The notes beneath the pieces are model-generated. The model was not told the DNA's origin. It worked only from the letters and a program-made list of their open reading frames with translations, and made no database searches. Positions 26,298-39,527 of a DNA stretch of 64,000 bases are shown here, one piece after another. Every line of letters begins with the position of its first letter. The stretch's first letter is position 1. The DNA is from Callorhinchus milii (lineage: Eukaryota). The translations under genes and the position numbers were made by a program. The DNA is taken from the NCBI RefSeq assembly GCF_018977255.1, contig NW_024704742.1, positions 89,716,001-89,780,000 on the forward strand. Reading direction: 5' to 3'.

Positions 26298-27246
26298 GTA
26301 TAAGCTGTAGGTTGTCAGCGCTTTGGGATATCCTCCCGATGTGAAAGGTGCTATACAAATGTAATTTGTGGTTGTTGCCAACAGGTAGCACAACTGACCC
26401 AATCCTGTCCATATGGACTTTCCAACATGGGTCAATAGGTAGCAGTCAGGTATAAGTACTGTTGCAGGGCACTGCACTCATTGAAAAAGCATCTTGATGC
26501 TATGAGGGAAGCAAGTGTAGGTAGCTGAAAGGACAAGATCGAATGGACAAGAAAACCTTCTTCATTGAAGCCAATCTTGTAATCTTGTGAGGTGATTCAT
26601 TTATTTATCGAGCAATTGGTGGGATTAACTGTCCAAACCATTTTAATTGATTTATAATAATAATCCTTGCATTTGATATAATGCTTTATCAAGTCTTCGA
26701 GATGTCACAAAGCACTTCATAGAATACTGCATACTATAAAGTGAATTGACCGTATCTTTTGTGGGCAAAACTTGGCAGCTAATTGCGCACAGCAGTGTCC
26801 ACAAACAGTGGACTCCACAACAGGACTCCACTTATGCAATTGACTGCCTATTAATCCAGGCCGACCCCATTACATAGGTTGCAGAAGGATGAGAATTTGA
26901 AACCCTTGGAGAGCCAGTGGAGCTGAGCAAGGATAGGGAGGGTGGGCTCTCAGAGCCTGGTGTGAGAGAGAGGACATGCAGTGAGAAGGTTTGGATGGTC
27001 TGCACCTTGTGTAGGGCAGAGTTGGGGAGATGGACAAGCTGGGTGACGGAGTAATTGAAACTGAATATTTTCTCGATTGCGAAGGAATTGGTGTATTTCC
27101 ACAACTAAAAATCAAATAGGGGCTTAACTCAACAGTATCATGTGAAGTGACACTCAAAACCTTGCCTCCTGGAGCAATTAAAAAGCATTCTTGCAAATGC
27201 AAAGATTATTCTTGGCTCCTCCACTCCTGAGTTGATATTCAATATT

Positions 27247-27365
27247 GAGGAGTGAGGGAGGGGAGGAGGGGCGAGGGAGGGGAGGAGGAGTGAGGGAGGA
27301 GAGAAGGGGCGAGGGAGGGGAGGAGGAGCGAGGGAGAGGAGGGAGGGAGAAGGGGGAAGAGGCGG
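27247..27365 (+). repeat. Polypurine (GA-rich) tract with internal repeats
   Basis: ~120 nt almost entirely G/A, with ggggcgagggagggg repeated. Confidence 0.9.
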
Positions 27366-30300
27366 TCAGACCCAAAACCAGTCATTAATGGTCGACTGAA
27401 ATTTCATCATCAGATTCAGTGTGACAATTGAACCAGTTATGAAATGTTGCATTTTTCACCCCAAACAAAGAGGTTTAAAAACAAATACCCAAAACCTGAA
27501 GGTTATTGATCAAAGGCAAGCAGAAGGATATCTGCTTGGTCAAAGCACTAAACATCACAATGTTGCTGAAACTTGAGCAAAGACTCCCCACTGTGTATGC
27601 ATTACAATAAAACATGAATTGCTAAATGGTTCGCTTATCACCACTAGCAAATCTACTTTGTGCCTTTTCTAAAGTTTAAAAAAGAATAAATTTCATTAAA
27701 AAAAGGTTTTCGTCAAACCACATGCTGAACGTTACTCTCATTTGCAAATTAGCTGCAATATCAGAAATACAGCATATAACCTTCACATTCCTGTCATCTT
27801 GTCGTGCACCCAAATGGAACCAGCATTTAATGCTGTTCTTTGTCGCCACCGTGTGGGAATCACTGAACCTGCATGCAATAACAGGCCAAGATCTTCAATC
27901 CCTTCAAAATGTTGTTGTACTAGAAAATTGTATCAAAGATCACAAACCAGAAGCCGGGAACATATAACGTCTGCCACACTACATGCTCCTGTTTATTGAA
28001 CACATTATTAAACAGTTCAGAAGAGGACTATGTAGCCAAGGTAAGTCATTATCTTCTGCTGTCTCACTCGCTTCTATGTCTTTGTCTTATTAATGCCTGC
28101 ACATTCAATTCCTGTCTGAGATTATACCTGTGTGTAATGCAAAGCACCTTAATGGGCTCTTTCCAGCAGTTCATAATCTCTTAACAATTAGCTGCTTCAC
28201 TGTGACTATATCCAGCGGATTTGAAGCTTTGACTTCCTCCTAATGCAGTGAAAATTGTGGAAATGCAATGCAGAATATTATCTTAACGTAAATTTGTGTG
28301 TATGTCTGTGTGTGTATTTCTGTGTGTGGTGGGGGGTGGGGGGGGCTGGGATCTACACTATGAAATTTTAATCCCATGATTTCTTCTGGTCTGGTCCTCT
28401 TTGCTCCTCTTTCATCCTATAAACGGATCTTCTCTATTCCAACGGTTCCATTTCTTACAAACACTCAACACCTCTCCTCCTTTTGACCTTGATCAGCAAG
28501 CACTCTCTACACTAAACTATTGTTTTTACACAAGGCAGTGACCTCACCAAATATATTATTTCTCACTAATGGTGTGAAAGATAAATATAAGAGAACCTAG
28601 CTGAGATCAACTGAAAAAAACTGCACAGAGGCGAGATCAAAGTTGAACCTTCCTGTTTTCCACAGTTCAGTACTAGATCTCTGCCATAGACCATAGAACC
28701 ACTGAGTTATCAGAGCAGGACATCTCAACGACGTGATATAAGGTGCTATATCAAAAGCAAGGATTATTATTATTATTATTCAAGTTTCTGACATTATCAC
28801 AAAATGTTTTACCAGAGTTATTAAATGTTCAAAGCTTTAAATTTCTAAATGTCTTTCAACATGCTATCACCCCCCCCCCCATAATCTCAGGCCTCCATGG
28901 TATCCTCAGTTGGTAACTAGTTTTTTAAACATCTCCAATATTCCTGCAGGGTAAGCAGGATGGGAATGTCTGTCGACACAGAATTTGAACGTCAGTCTCC
29001 TAATTGAGACTCTGATGTGCTACCATTACAGCCACAAGGCACCCTGAGGTTAGCTTTAAGTCACTTTTTGGGAAAAGATGCAATGTTAAACCAAGATCTT
29101 GTCGGCCTATCCAGGTAGACGTTAAAGATCCCATGGCACTATTCAAAGCAAGTTTCTTCCGGTGTTCTGGCCAACAATCCCTCAAATAAAGGTTAATCAT
29201 TCAAGTCATAGCTGTTTGCGGAACATCACTGTGCACAAATTGTCTGCCAGTTCACCCACAATAAACACAGTCACTACACTTTACAGTATATCCTGTGAAG
29301 CGGTTTGAGACATCCCAGCAGTGTGATAATGCGCTATACCAAATACAGGGATTATTATTGTTATTTATTAAAACTAAAGGCAGATTAGACTTTGATTGGT
29401 CAAAATAACTTAATAGGCTTTGTGCAGTTTGATATAATAGATCACCACCTGGATCCAGTACAGAATCAGTCAGTTCCAATGAGATTTTGACTAAACAGCA
29501 ATGACCTTTTCCAAAGTGATGGTTCAATCTGACACTCCTCAGGTGCACAGAAACTTCTGCCCCAGCCACACCAGATAGTTTGCTCACTCATAGTCTAATA
29601 GATGAATAAAAGTAGTTAGCCCCAAGCTCAGTGTGGTGAATGTAATTAACCCCAAGCCAGGTTTTAATCGCTGGAGAAGGCTCGAGTTGGTATTAATGTT
29701 TCAGGAACAAACAGTGAATTTACCTCTACCATTCAGTTTTACTATTATCACCCACATTCCCCACAACGCACATACACTCATGTATATATCCAAAAGCATT
29801 CACTCAGAAATGATGCAAGATTCACACATTCCCAAAGCTCTCATTCTCACTGAAAGGAATGAAAGATTCACGTTGGCATTGTCAAGCGTTTCCAAATCAC
29901 TGTTTGGAAAACGCAGCTGACATTTCATCACACTTTGTGGACATATGTTCACACTGAATTGTTATCAAGGTTCCTTTGTTTTTCCACACTGGAACGTATA
30001 GCATCGGACAGATGTACAAGAATTGTAATTGGTTTGAGCCCTGCAATCTAATCAAAGTCTGAAGATCTTCCTATTCGACCATGCCTACAATCACATCCCC
30101 CCTCCCCCCAGCTCAGCATCATGCTCTGCCACTGTCAAGCACTCTGGGACGCTATCCTGCGTGAGGGATGCCATATAAATGCAAGTTGTTGTTGATGTCA
30201 AGGATTACAGAATCACCTGTAATGACTGTGACTGCAAATTTCATAATTCAAGGAAGCTGTAATTCCTTCTTCACACAAGATCACAAGAGGTTCATATCAA

Positions 30301-30572
30301 GGAGGCCCAGTTGAGCTCTTCCTTCCAGAACAAACATAAAAGCATCAAGCAATATTGGAAATAAATCGAGTGTCCTGGCCTCAACCACCTGTAACACCTT
30401 CCAGTCATTAATTAGCATCTCTATAAAGAACTACTTTCCAGTATCTGTCTGGAAATTGTCCACTGCAGTCCTCAAAATATTATTCAGGATTCACCTTCTC
30501 AATCTTATTTACATTTATTGGAGGTGCCATCCTTCAGATAAGACAATAAACCAAGGTCCCATCTGCCTGTTG

Positions 30573-31245
30573 AGTTTTTGTTCAGTCGTTTGGGTGTCTA
30601 ACACACGTGGAAACCCATTACCATGCTCCAGAGTATCCAAACCAAACTGAGAATTCCATGCATCTCACTTACACGTGGAAATCCCAGAGGTAAATTGTTG
30701 CAATGGAATACACATTCTCTCCCTAGAGGGACGCATCCTGCTTACCTAATTCCGGAAAGCATTAGGTACAGGTTGGCAAGAGCCAAGGCTTGGGAACCAC
30801 AGAGTGTGTGTTGGGTTACTGCTGGAGTGTAACCAGCTAAAACTATATAGCTTGCCATTGATATCACTGTCTGGCAAGCTTTCTCATTGCTTGTCCAGCT
30901 AGGACCATCCTATCTGTTAAGGTTTTCTTTGGCTTACAAGGTTAACAGGAGTTGAGTGGAATGACTCTCTGCCCCCAGTGACTGGTCTGCCCTTCCACAT
31001 CCTGCTGATGAGCCAGGCTGGCTGTGCTGTTATCAGCAGTGTCCTGGAATACTGCGGACCCACCTTGCTCAGGAACCAGACTATGAAGACCGCCACAGAG
31101 GGCTGGCATGATTCCAACATTTCATTACCAAGCATGTCATCTTGGAGCCAGTTCAGCTGCAAGGAGACCCCGCTTTCTTTCCCCTCCAAGGAGGATTGTC
31201 ACTACTTGGTCGTTTGACATTCGACAAGCGCAAGTTTGAGCCTCA
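30573..31245 (-). mobile_element. Unclassified poly(A)-tailed retroposon, longest copy
   Basis: Homologous to 6775-7370, 15490-15560, 42585-42712, 52397-52525, 56430-56812, 60980-61060 and 62960-63465. Confidence 0.75.
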
Positions 31246-33354
31246 CTAGCTGGATCTTAGTACCAGGAATTCCCTGTGAACTTCCCGGTGGGCAATGCAT
31301 CTCACCATGAAATGTTCAGGAAGATGTTAAACATCCCATGACACTAGTCAAAAAGAGAAGGGATTTTTCTACTTGTGTCCTGGCCGATATACCCTCAGAT
31401 AAAAATGGTCATTCAGTTCATGGTTGTTTTTTGTACATTGCTATGCACAAATTGGCTGCAACATTCACCTACAAAATTCAGTCATTACACTTCACAGTAA
31501 ATCCTGTGAAATGCTTTGAGATATTCTCCCAACATGAAAGATGCTATATCAACTGAAAGGATTATTATTACTTTGTATATCTCTAAAAGGTCCCCTCTGA
31601 GACATATTTTTCAAAGCTGAAGGTCTCTAGCTTATCGAGTCGTTCCTTGTAGCTCGCCCCTCGAGTACCGAGATCATCCACACTGTTCTTTTCTGTACTG
31701 ACTGCTTGGGGAGCACCTTTAGATTGCGACAACCAAAACTTTACGTCATTTGCACCTGTTTAAACCAACCTATACATTTTTCACATGACTGTTTAAGCAA
31801 TCCACAAACTAGGACCCTAAGTGTTGTAGCACTATTTATGAGCATTGCAATATATTCAGGTCATTTTGTTTTTTTTCTCCATCACTCCTGAAGACACGGA
31901 ATCATTCTGTGCTGAAAGCTTTCTGTACATCACCCGGGTGGACGATCTTCATGTGAGAGCCCAGACAAGGAGCAGTGGTAGGCTGCGTGAATGTGGGAAA
32001 CATAACAATCGAGTCTAATGCTATCCTCAAATAACGTGCTGAATGAATTTCCAGTAGAAATATTGGTCTGGAGCATGAGAGCTGGCTGATCTTCCCTTTG
32101 CTAAAACTAGGTACTGAGATCAATTGTAGCATCTGATCTCCCCCCATCCCCCCGCCTGCTCGCTAACATCAACTAACTTGGGACAGATTGTGGGTTCAAA
32201 TCTGGTACATTTTCAATCTACATGACTCAGATCCACACTGAACAGTCAGCCCTGCCCATCAAGCTACCAGTGAAGCATTGATTCCGTTAATACTGTAAGC
32301 TTTGAGTCTGTTGGTCTCAAGCAGAAAATGTTTCACAGAGGATCAAATGGAAGACAATTAATAAGCCCAATAAAGTATTTGACTACTCATAATTTCTCTG
32401 CAACACAATGAGCACGGTTTCTACTTACAATAAAACGTGCTCCGTGAGTAATGCGTTTCATGTATCAAATTGTCTCAAAGAACTATACAAAGGCAGAAGA
32501 GTGTGAGCCGGGCGGGGGTCAGGGGGTGATGAAATGGGGGGGCTTAGGACAAAAGGAGATCACAGAAGTAGGGTGGAGAAAGGGTCAAGGGTGTGGAGGC
32601 ATTCGATAGTTAGAATTAGGATCTTAAAGTCATTTGGCTTAGGGAAGAGGAAACCAGTGGAGCAAAGATAAAGGTAATGGAGCCTGGTATGGGAGAGAAC
32701 GTGAGCTGTAGAGTATCCAATGATCTGGATCTTGTGCTGAAAAGTAGAATGCTGGAGAAAAATCTGGACAAGAGTTTCAGCTGTGCTGGGTGTGAGGGAG
32801 GAATGGAGGCAGATGGTAAAGGAAAGCAGATGTGATATGAGCTGAATGAATGACTTAAAAGGGAGGGAAGGGCAGAACAAAACGGGATCTCGCACAAACT
32901 CTGTGAGCTGGATTGAGCAATCCCATTGATAGTCTGCACCAGTGAAGGCATAATGCACTGTAACGGTCACTTGATAGTGAAGAAATTCAACAAATCTATT
33001 CAATATACATCTAATGATAAGATAAGAGTCAGTGGGCTGAATCAATGTTCTCATCCTGACTTTTCTTATGATCTATTAATTTAGTGAAACGGTTTGCATC
33101 AGCTCCTAATGTTTCTTATTTTACAGTGTAATATTCTAGACACGTTTTACTTCAGCTTTTAGCTGCTGAAGTGCACTGGTTGTTTAAAAGGTAGAATTCT
33201 GGAACTGGTGCTTCCAAACACTGTAAGTTCATCATTCAAATCAGCACAAGTTTAATAATAATAATAATGCAAAACACTTCAGAGAATATAGTGTAAAGTG
33301 CAGTGACTATATTTTGAGGGTGAAACACGGCAGCCAATTGAGCACAGCAATTAA

Positions 33355-33900
33355 GCAACAACAACTTGCATTTATATAGCGCCCTTCATATAGAGTGACA
33401 AAGCAATTTACAGGTATGGAGATGGACATCGAGCAGGGGAAGGGGCAATTAGTACGGAGCGGTACCATATATGTGGTCAAAGAGGCATGTTTTAGAGACA
33501 AACTTGAAGACAAATACAATAAAATAAAAAATTATATAGCATTTTTCACTTCAGGAGAATAGTCTTGGCACTAATGGGGTGGGAGCCAAGGACCGAGGTC
33601 GGTGGGGTGGAGAAAGATGACTGAAAGCATGGTCAAAGAAGGTCTTGAGATAGACCTTGAAAGAGGTGAGGGAGGGATCAAGTTGGAGGGACAGCCAGGA
33701 TTGATAGATTGAATTAGAGGGCCAGCCAGGATAGTCTGAAAGCTCGACTATTGAATGGTGAGGCAAGTAAGGTGGGGCACATGAAGCAGGCAGATGTCAT
33801 CTGAGTGAAGAGATTGACCAGGTTTGAGGAGGTCACAGTGGTAAGGTGAGGCAAGACTGTGGAGGGATTTGAAAGGAAGATAGAGAGGGAATAAGGCAGA
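33355..33900 (-). mobile_element. Old L2 3' fragments
   Basis: L2 tails at ~33360 and ~33520; SFKVYLKTFFDHAF on the minus strand. Confidence 0.65.
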
Positions 33901-34994
33901 GGGGTAGAGGGAGGGAGTTCCAGAGGTAGAAGCATAGAATTGGAAGGATTAGCCACCATTTGTGGTTGGAAGCTGCATTGGGGCGATGGTTGGTGGGGGT
34001 GGTGGGCGTGGGTGTGGGGGGAGAGCAGAGGAGTGGGATAGAAGAAGATTAAAGTGATAGGGAGGTGATGGGCATGAAGGGCACAGCCAGCCTAGTAATC
34101 TCCATTCACTTCCATTATGCTTTGCAGCCAATAAAAAACTGAAATAGGTGGAATTTTCCATTACTTCTAAAAAACAGCTTCTTGCTAAAAGTTAAAAAGT
34201 TATTTAAAAAAAGGCAAATACAATTGGACGAGCAGGGTCTGAATCTGGCTCCCTTGATATCTGGCCAAGCACTCTGCTAGACTATTTTTCCATTTTGATG
34301 GCTCACAATGGTATAGAAAAGTTGGGTGAAGATAAGATCCACTAATAGCAGATCTCAGTATTGAAATAAGGTGGTTTATGTTTTTTTTAAGCTTTAATGC
34401 CCGTATCCAGAATAAATGTGGGCTGTTCAAATTTGACTTTCCCCCCGCCCTACCCCTCAGTACATTTCCTGACAGCTATTACAGACTGAACAAATCTAAC
34501 TCTTGCACACTGCACAATCAGTCCAGCAATTTCCATTCACTTCCATTATTAGTTTCAGACACTAAAATGCTGAAATTGCTCTGGATCTAGTATGGGAAAT
34601 ANTTTTTTGTTNAAAAAACTAATTTTACCCTTTAGTAACAGCAATATACTTGCCTTCCATTATCATACCCATTAAGCTAAGAATTGAGTTCAAATATACC
34701 AGAAAACACGTCCACACATATTTTCCACACAATAAATGTTTTTCACTCTGCTTGTCACGAAGAATGCTCAATTATTCTTTTCACAATAAATGCCTTACTC
34801 CAAACTAATTTGTCTCCAGAGTCAATGATATTCAGTTCTAAGTTGTTAGAATGAAATTACCCATAATAATAATCCTTGCATTTGATAAAGCACCTTGCTT
34901 TAATATGTCGTAAAGATGTCTCAAAGTGCTTCATAGGATATGCTGTGGTTGTGACTGTGTATTTTGTGGGCGAACAAGGCAGCCAATTTGCATA

Positions 34995-35832
34995 CAACAA
35001 TAACTTGTGTTTATATAGTGGAGCTGTGCACAGTGGCGGAGTCTCACAACGAGCGGAGGGAGAGGGAAGAGGGAGGTGACTGTAAGCACGATCATAAAGG
35101 AAGGTCGTTTTGCGGGATTTGAAAGTGAGGAGGGACGGGGCAAGGCATAGGAATTGCAGAAGAGAGTTCCAGAGTTTGGGGTCGTAAAGGCTAAAGGCAC
35201 GGCCACTGATGGTGTAACGGAGAGGACGAGGGACAAACAGGAGGCCAGAGCCAGCTAGGCGGAGACAGTGGGTGGTGGAGTGGGGCATAAGTAGGTCAAA
35301 TATGTAGGGAGGTACGAGAGCATGAAGGGATTTGAAAGTGAGTGTGAGGATCTTGAAATCAATCCGTTAGGTGATTGGGAGCCAGTGCAGCCTGGCAAGG
35401 ACTGATGCGATGGGGGTATGGAGTTTTGTGCAAGTGAGTATCCGGGCAGCAGAGTTTTGAATTCATTGGATTTTGTGTATCGTGGAACTGGGGAGACCTG
35501 CGAGGATTAGAATAGTCCAGCCAAGAAGTTACAAAGGCGTGGACGAGGGTTTCCGCTGGGTCGGTTGTGAGGTACGGACGGAGGCGGGCAATGTGGTGGA
35601 GATGGAAAAAAGCAGTTCTGGTCAGGGAACAGATGTGTGATAGAAAGGAAAGCTAAGGATTGAACCTGACACCTAAGTTGAACGCAGGTTTAGAGAGTTT
35701 GATGGAGAGCCCGGGGAGGTTGAGGAATTCAGACCTGCAGGAGAGAAACATTGATGGGAGCCAAAGATTATGGCTTCGGTCTTGCCAACATTCAGCTGCA
35801 GGAAACTTGAGCTCATCCAGGCCTTGTCCCAA
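34995..35832 (-). mobile_element. L2 LINE 3' fragment
   Basis: WMSSSFLQLNVGKTEAIIFG and GRAFSLYDPKLWNSL on the minus strand. Confidence 0.9.
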
Positions 35833-36949
35833 AGCAATGTCCCACAAACAACCAAAGAGTGAGTGATCAAATTTATTTGGGGCATTGTTGGCTAGGACAC
35901 CCAGATAAATTACTTTCTCTTTTTGAATAATGTAGTGGGAGCTTTAACATCCATTTGACCAGCAGTTGGCACCTCTGATAATGTAGCATACTACTAGCAC
36001 TGCAGTGAAGTGTCAGCAACTATATGGGTTCCAAGTTGCAATGTGTGGCTGGAATCCACAAGGTCCAGTTCAGCTAAAACATGGCCGCTCACATCCTTAC
36101 ACTAAGCTTCCCATGCCTGTTACTACCCATCCTCACCAGACACCACCGGTTTCCTGGGGTCCCGATGTGGGGCCAAATGAACCCACAAATTTCTGACTCA
36201 GAGACAAGTGTTCCAGGCTGACACATCATATGAAAGAACCATAGGTTAATTTGGCTTGGAAATAATAATAATAATAATTATCCTTGCATTTGGCATAGCT
36301 TCTTACTTCATTGCCATAATGTCTTAAAGCACCTAACAGATTTTACTGTAAAGTGTAGTGACTGTATTTTTTGTTGGCAAAATAATAATACTTAGCTTGA
36401 TATAGCGCCTTAAAAATCAGGAGGACATCCCTGTCCTCCTGACTTTTAAGGCGCAATATCATCCCTGTCCTAAACAGGAGTTTAAATTCAGAAATCTGTA
36501 ATGTATTGATTAGAAATTACTTGGATGTGTCAGGTGTAGATCATTGCCCCTCCCTTGAGCAACAGATACCCCTTCCTGACAGACGTCAATGGCAACCTCC
36601 ATGAAACTGTGTCGCACATTAAACTTCCAGCTCACAACACTCTTAATGTTAATGGATCTCAGTCTTTTGCCATAAACTACTTGAGCATGACAATATTTAT
36701 ATTTATAAATTGCCTTTCATGACATCCCAAAATGCTTAACACTGCTGACCAGGTACCTGAGCTGGGGATGGGAATCGAGGAGATGGGGAGGGGAAAGATG
36801 ACCAATAGTACCCTTGTACTGACCAGTGATATTTCACCTATAGGAATTTAAACTAAATTCAACTTTATAGTCATGCTTTGACTGAGAAAATTTAAATGTA
36901 CAAGCTTTTTCTAACAGCAGAAATTTCCCAACAAACAACAAAGCTTCAA

Positions 36950-37050
36950 AAATTACTCTAGGTAAAGAAGAAGCTCTTGGTGTCTGTCCTGAAATTGCCC
37001 TTTGCAACTCAAAACCCATGTCCTCGGGTTCTACTGACTCCATCCATCTG
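36950..37050 (-). mobile_element. CR1 ORF2 C-terminal scrap
   Basis: Minus strand reads SRTRGHGF*LQ, followed by a degenerate FRTD..FF motif. Confidence 0.6.
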
Positions 37051-37084
37051 AAAGTATTGTTCTGGGTATATTGTTTCTGGATTG

Positions 37085-37668
37085 GATTCTTCCACAATAT
37101 TGCCTGTCTCTGCCACAGGCTTTCATTATGTCCAGGCCAAACTACATCAATTTTCTGCCCCCTGGACTTCTGAACTCTTCCAGAACTCTACAGCTCATGT
37201 CATACCCTGCACTAAGCTCCTTGAGCCTTTCATCCTCATCTTTTCCCAGCTTCAATGGCTCACCATTACCCAGAGGACTGACTTGAAGATCCTCAACCTC
37301 ACTTTTAAATCTCCCCACGAGCTTGCCCCCACACTACCTTTGAGATCTTCTAAAACCCTACCAACTCACCCACTCTCTCTGCTTGGCAGGCAATCGCCTG
37401 CTTCACATAACCCACTATGCCTGCCATACCCACCATTGTTGATTAGGGTTTCTGCCCTCGCTTCCTGGAATTCTGTTCCAGAGTCCTTTCACCTCCATCT
37501 GATTCACTCCATCCCTTGTTAAAGGTCTTTTCCACTCCCCGTCTTGGCCCTCACTCCTCTCAAACCCAAACTCCAGCTCGGGCGCAAACCCTTGTCTGTC
37601 CAGCATCTTCGGAAGTCCTCGCAACATGAAAGCCATTACATATATACGTTTTGGTGTTTGTTGTTGTT
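37085..37668 (+). mobile_element. Old L2 3' fragment
   Basis: FQNSTAHV...LQWL...DLKILNLTFKS...SWNSVP; (GTT)n tail. Confidence 0.8.
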
Positions 37669-38093
37669 GTGAGTTACATTGTGATAATTCGCAGCAGAAG
37701 AACGTTTTGGGGGGAAAGGTACCAGGTGGCTATCAGTAAATGGAACCATTGTACAAGCATGAGCACAAATTCCAGTACAGGGATGGGGGAGGGAGGACCT
37801 TCAGAGTATAATTATAGACTGCTGCTATGGAAAAAAACTTGCCTGGTAACTACTCAGATATATTCTCTAAAGAGAGAATAAACATCTACATCAACAGACT
37901 TGCACAGAAAATATGTGGAACAAAGGAAATGGATCACTGACACATATGTACATTATAATATATTCACAAGTCTATCCAAGAACAGAATGCTCACTGAACC
38001 CTATAGATTTGAACAATGCACAGCTATGCACATATCACTCATACCTCCCAGCAGCCTATGTAACTGTAGATCAGACAGATTCTACTCAGATAG

Positions 38094-38095
<2 letters not shown>

Positions 38096-38166
<71 letters not shown>
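38096..38166. repeat. (AAT)~23 microsatellite (expanded SINE tail)
   Basis: Perfect AAT run immediately before atgatccttgcatttgatatag. Confidence 0.97.
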
Positions 38167-38880
38167 TATGATCCTTGCATTTGATATAGAGCCGTATCAT
38201 ATCATTGAGATGTTTCAAAGTGCTTCACTGAATATATGAGGTCCATAAAATCTCAACCCACCTTATTACGAGGCACAATCTACTGTCAGTGATTCTACAT
38301 TCACTACATGGAAAGCTGACCAGCCAACTACCTGTGCTAAAAATAATAATAATCCTTGCATTTGGTATTGCGCCTTATCACACATTGAGACTTCACAGGA
38401 GACTTCGCTTTTCCAGTGATAATAATACCTTAAAAAAATCCACGACTGTTTGTGGGACACTGCTGCGTGCAATTGACTGCCGCTTTTCATCCACAAAATA
38501 TACCTTCAATCCACTTCACAGTATATTCTACGAAGCGCTTTGAGACGCCTCAATAATGCCTAGATAAGGCGCTATATCAATTGCCGGCAGGGTGAAATGT
38601 ATATACAATCAAAATATACAATCAATTCACTTTATAGTATTTTCTGTGAAGCGCTTTGAGGCGTCTTGAAGATGTGATAAGGCGCTGTATCAAATGCAAA
38701 GATTATTATTATTTCAAATGCAAGGATTATTATTTTATAATTATTAGGATATATTGTAGAATGGATTGACTGTGTATTTTGTGGGCGAATGTGGCAGCCA
38801 GTTTGCGTGCAGCAGAGTCGTACAAATTGCGATGTAGTGAGTGACTCATTTTATTTGGGAGATTATTGGCCAGTTGCCGC
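38096..38880. mobile_element. Cluster of nested SINE 3' fragments in both orientations
   Basis: Several tgcaaggattatt / aataatccttgca tails and core fragments within 800 bp. Confidence 0.8.
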
Positions 38881-39482
38881 TCTACCCACTACAGTATTAG
38901 GGCATCCCAGCCAGAGGACACCAGACCATGAACAGAAAGGCATATCTCAGTGGGAGAAAGTTTAAAAATAATCGGATGCTAATTATTTTTAAAATGGCCA
39001 CCACCTGGAAGTCAGGTAGATTTTAAACACGCAAGAAGCAGGGCAGCATTTTGATGTGAGATTACATGATTTGAAGTGAGTGGGTTGGTTTTCTGTGGAC
39101 AATGTGGATTTTTTGGTAAAGACCCTACAGGGTATTCACACACAATCGCACAATAAGTGAACCTGTGTTACAACTAAGCACTTTATAATAGATTTCCACT
39201 GTACTATCCAATGGTGTCTGCTGTAGGAATAGCGAGAGGCACACAAACACATAACAGGCAGAGCTGTTGTGTTCTCCAAGGTCAAACACCTGCCAGCAGC
39301 TCACTGTGCAGGCTCACGCATTAAGAGTGGTCACGTGAGTAAGGTAGAAAAGGGCTGTGTGTGCTAGTGGACCTGTGCCCAACCAAAACGGCATTCATCT
39401 TCAAGAGCGCTACAGGAGAGAAACTTGCAAAAATATAAAAAACACTGAAACATTTTTTCTATTCATGGTCAATTTTAAGGTT

Positions 39483-39527
39483 CCCCCCTGCCCCCCCCCC
39501 CCCCCCCCCCCCCCACACACACACACA
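39483..39527. repeat. Poly-C run followed by (CA)n
   Basis: Seen directly in the sequence. Confidence 0.9.

Noticed and set aside
27840..28045. Exon candidates (plus-strand donor AAG|GTAAGT at ~28040; minus-strand YNNILKGLKILACYCMQ)
   Set aside because: The partner splice sites are weak, the peptides are unrecognised and nearby frames contain stops.
36834..37097. 87-aa ORF or exon (WMESVEPEDMGFELQR)
   Set aside because: It is an alternative frame of a CR1 scrap (SRTRGHGF).
37900..38239. Poly-Asn and poly-Ile ORFs
   Set aside because: These are translations of the (AAT)n microsatellite.
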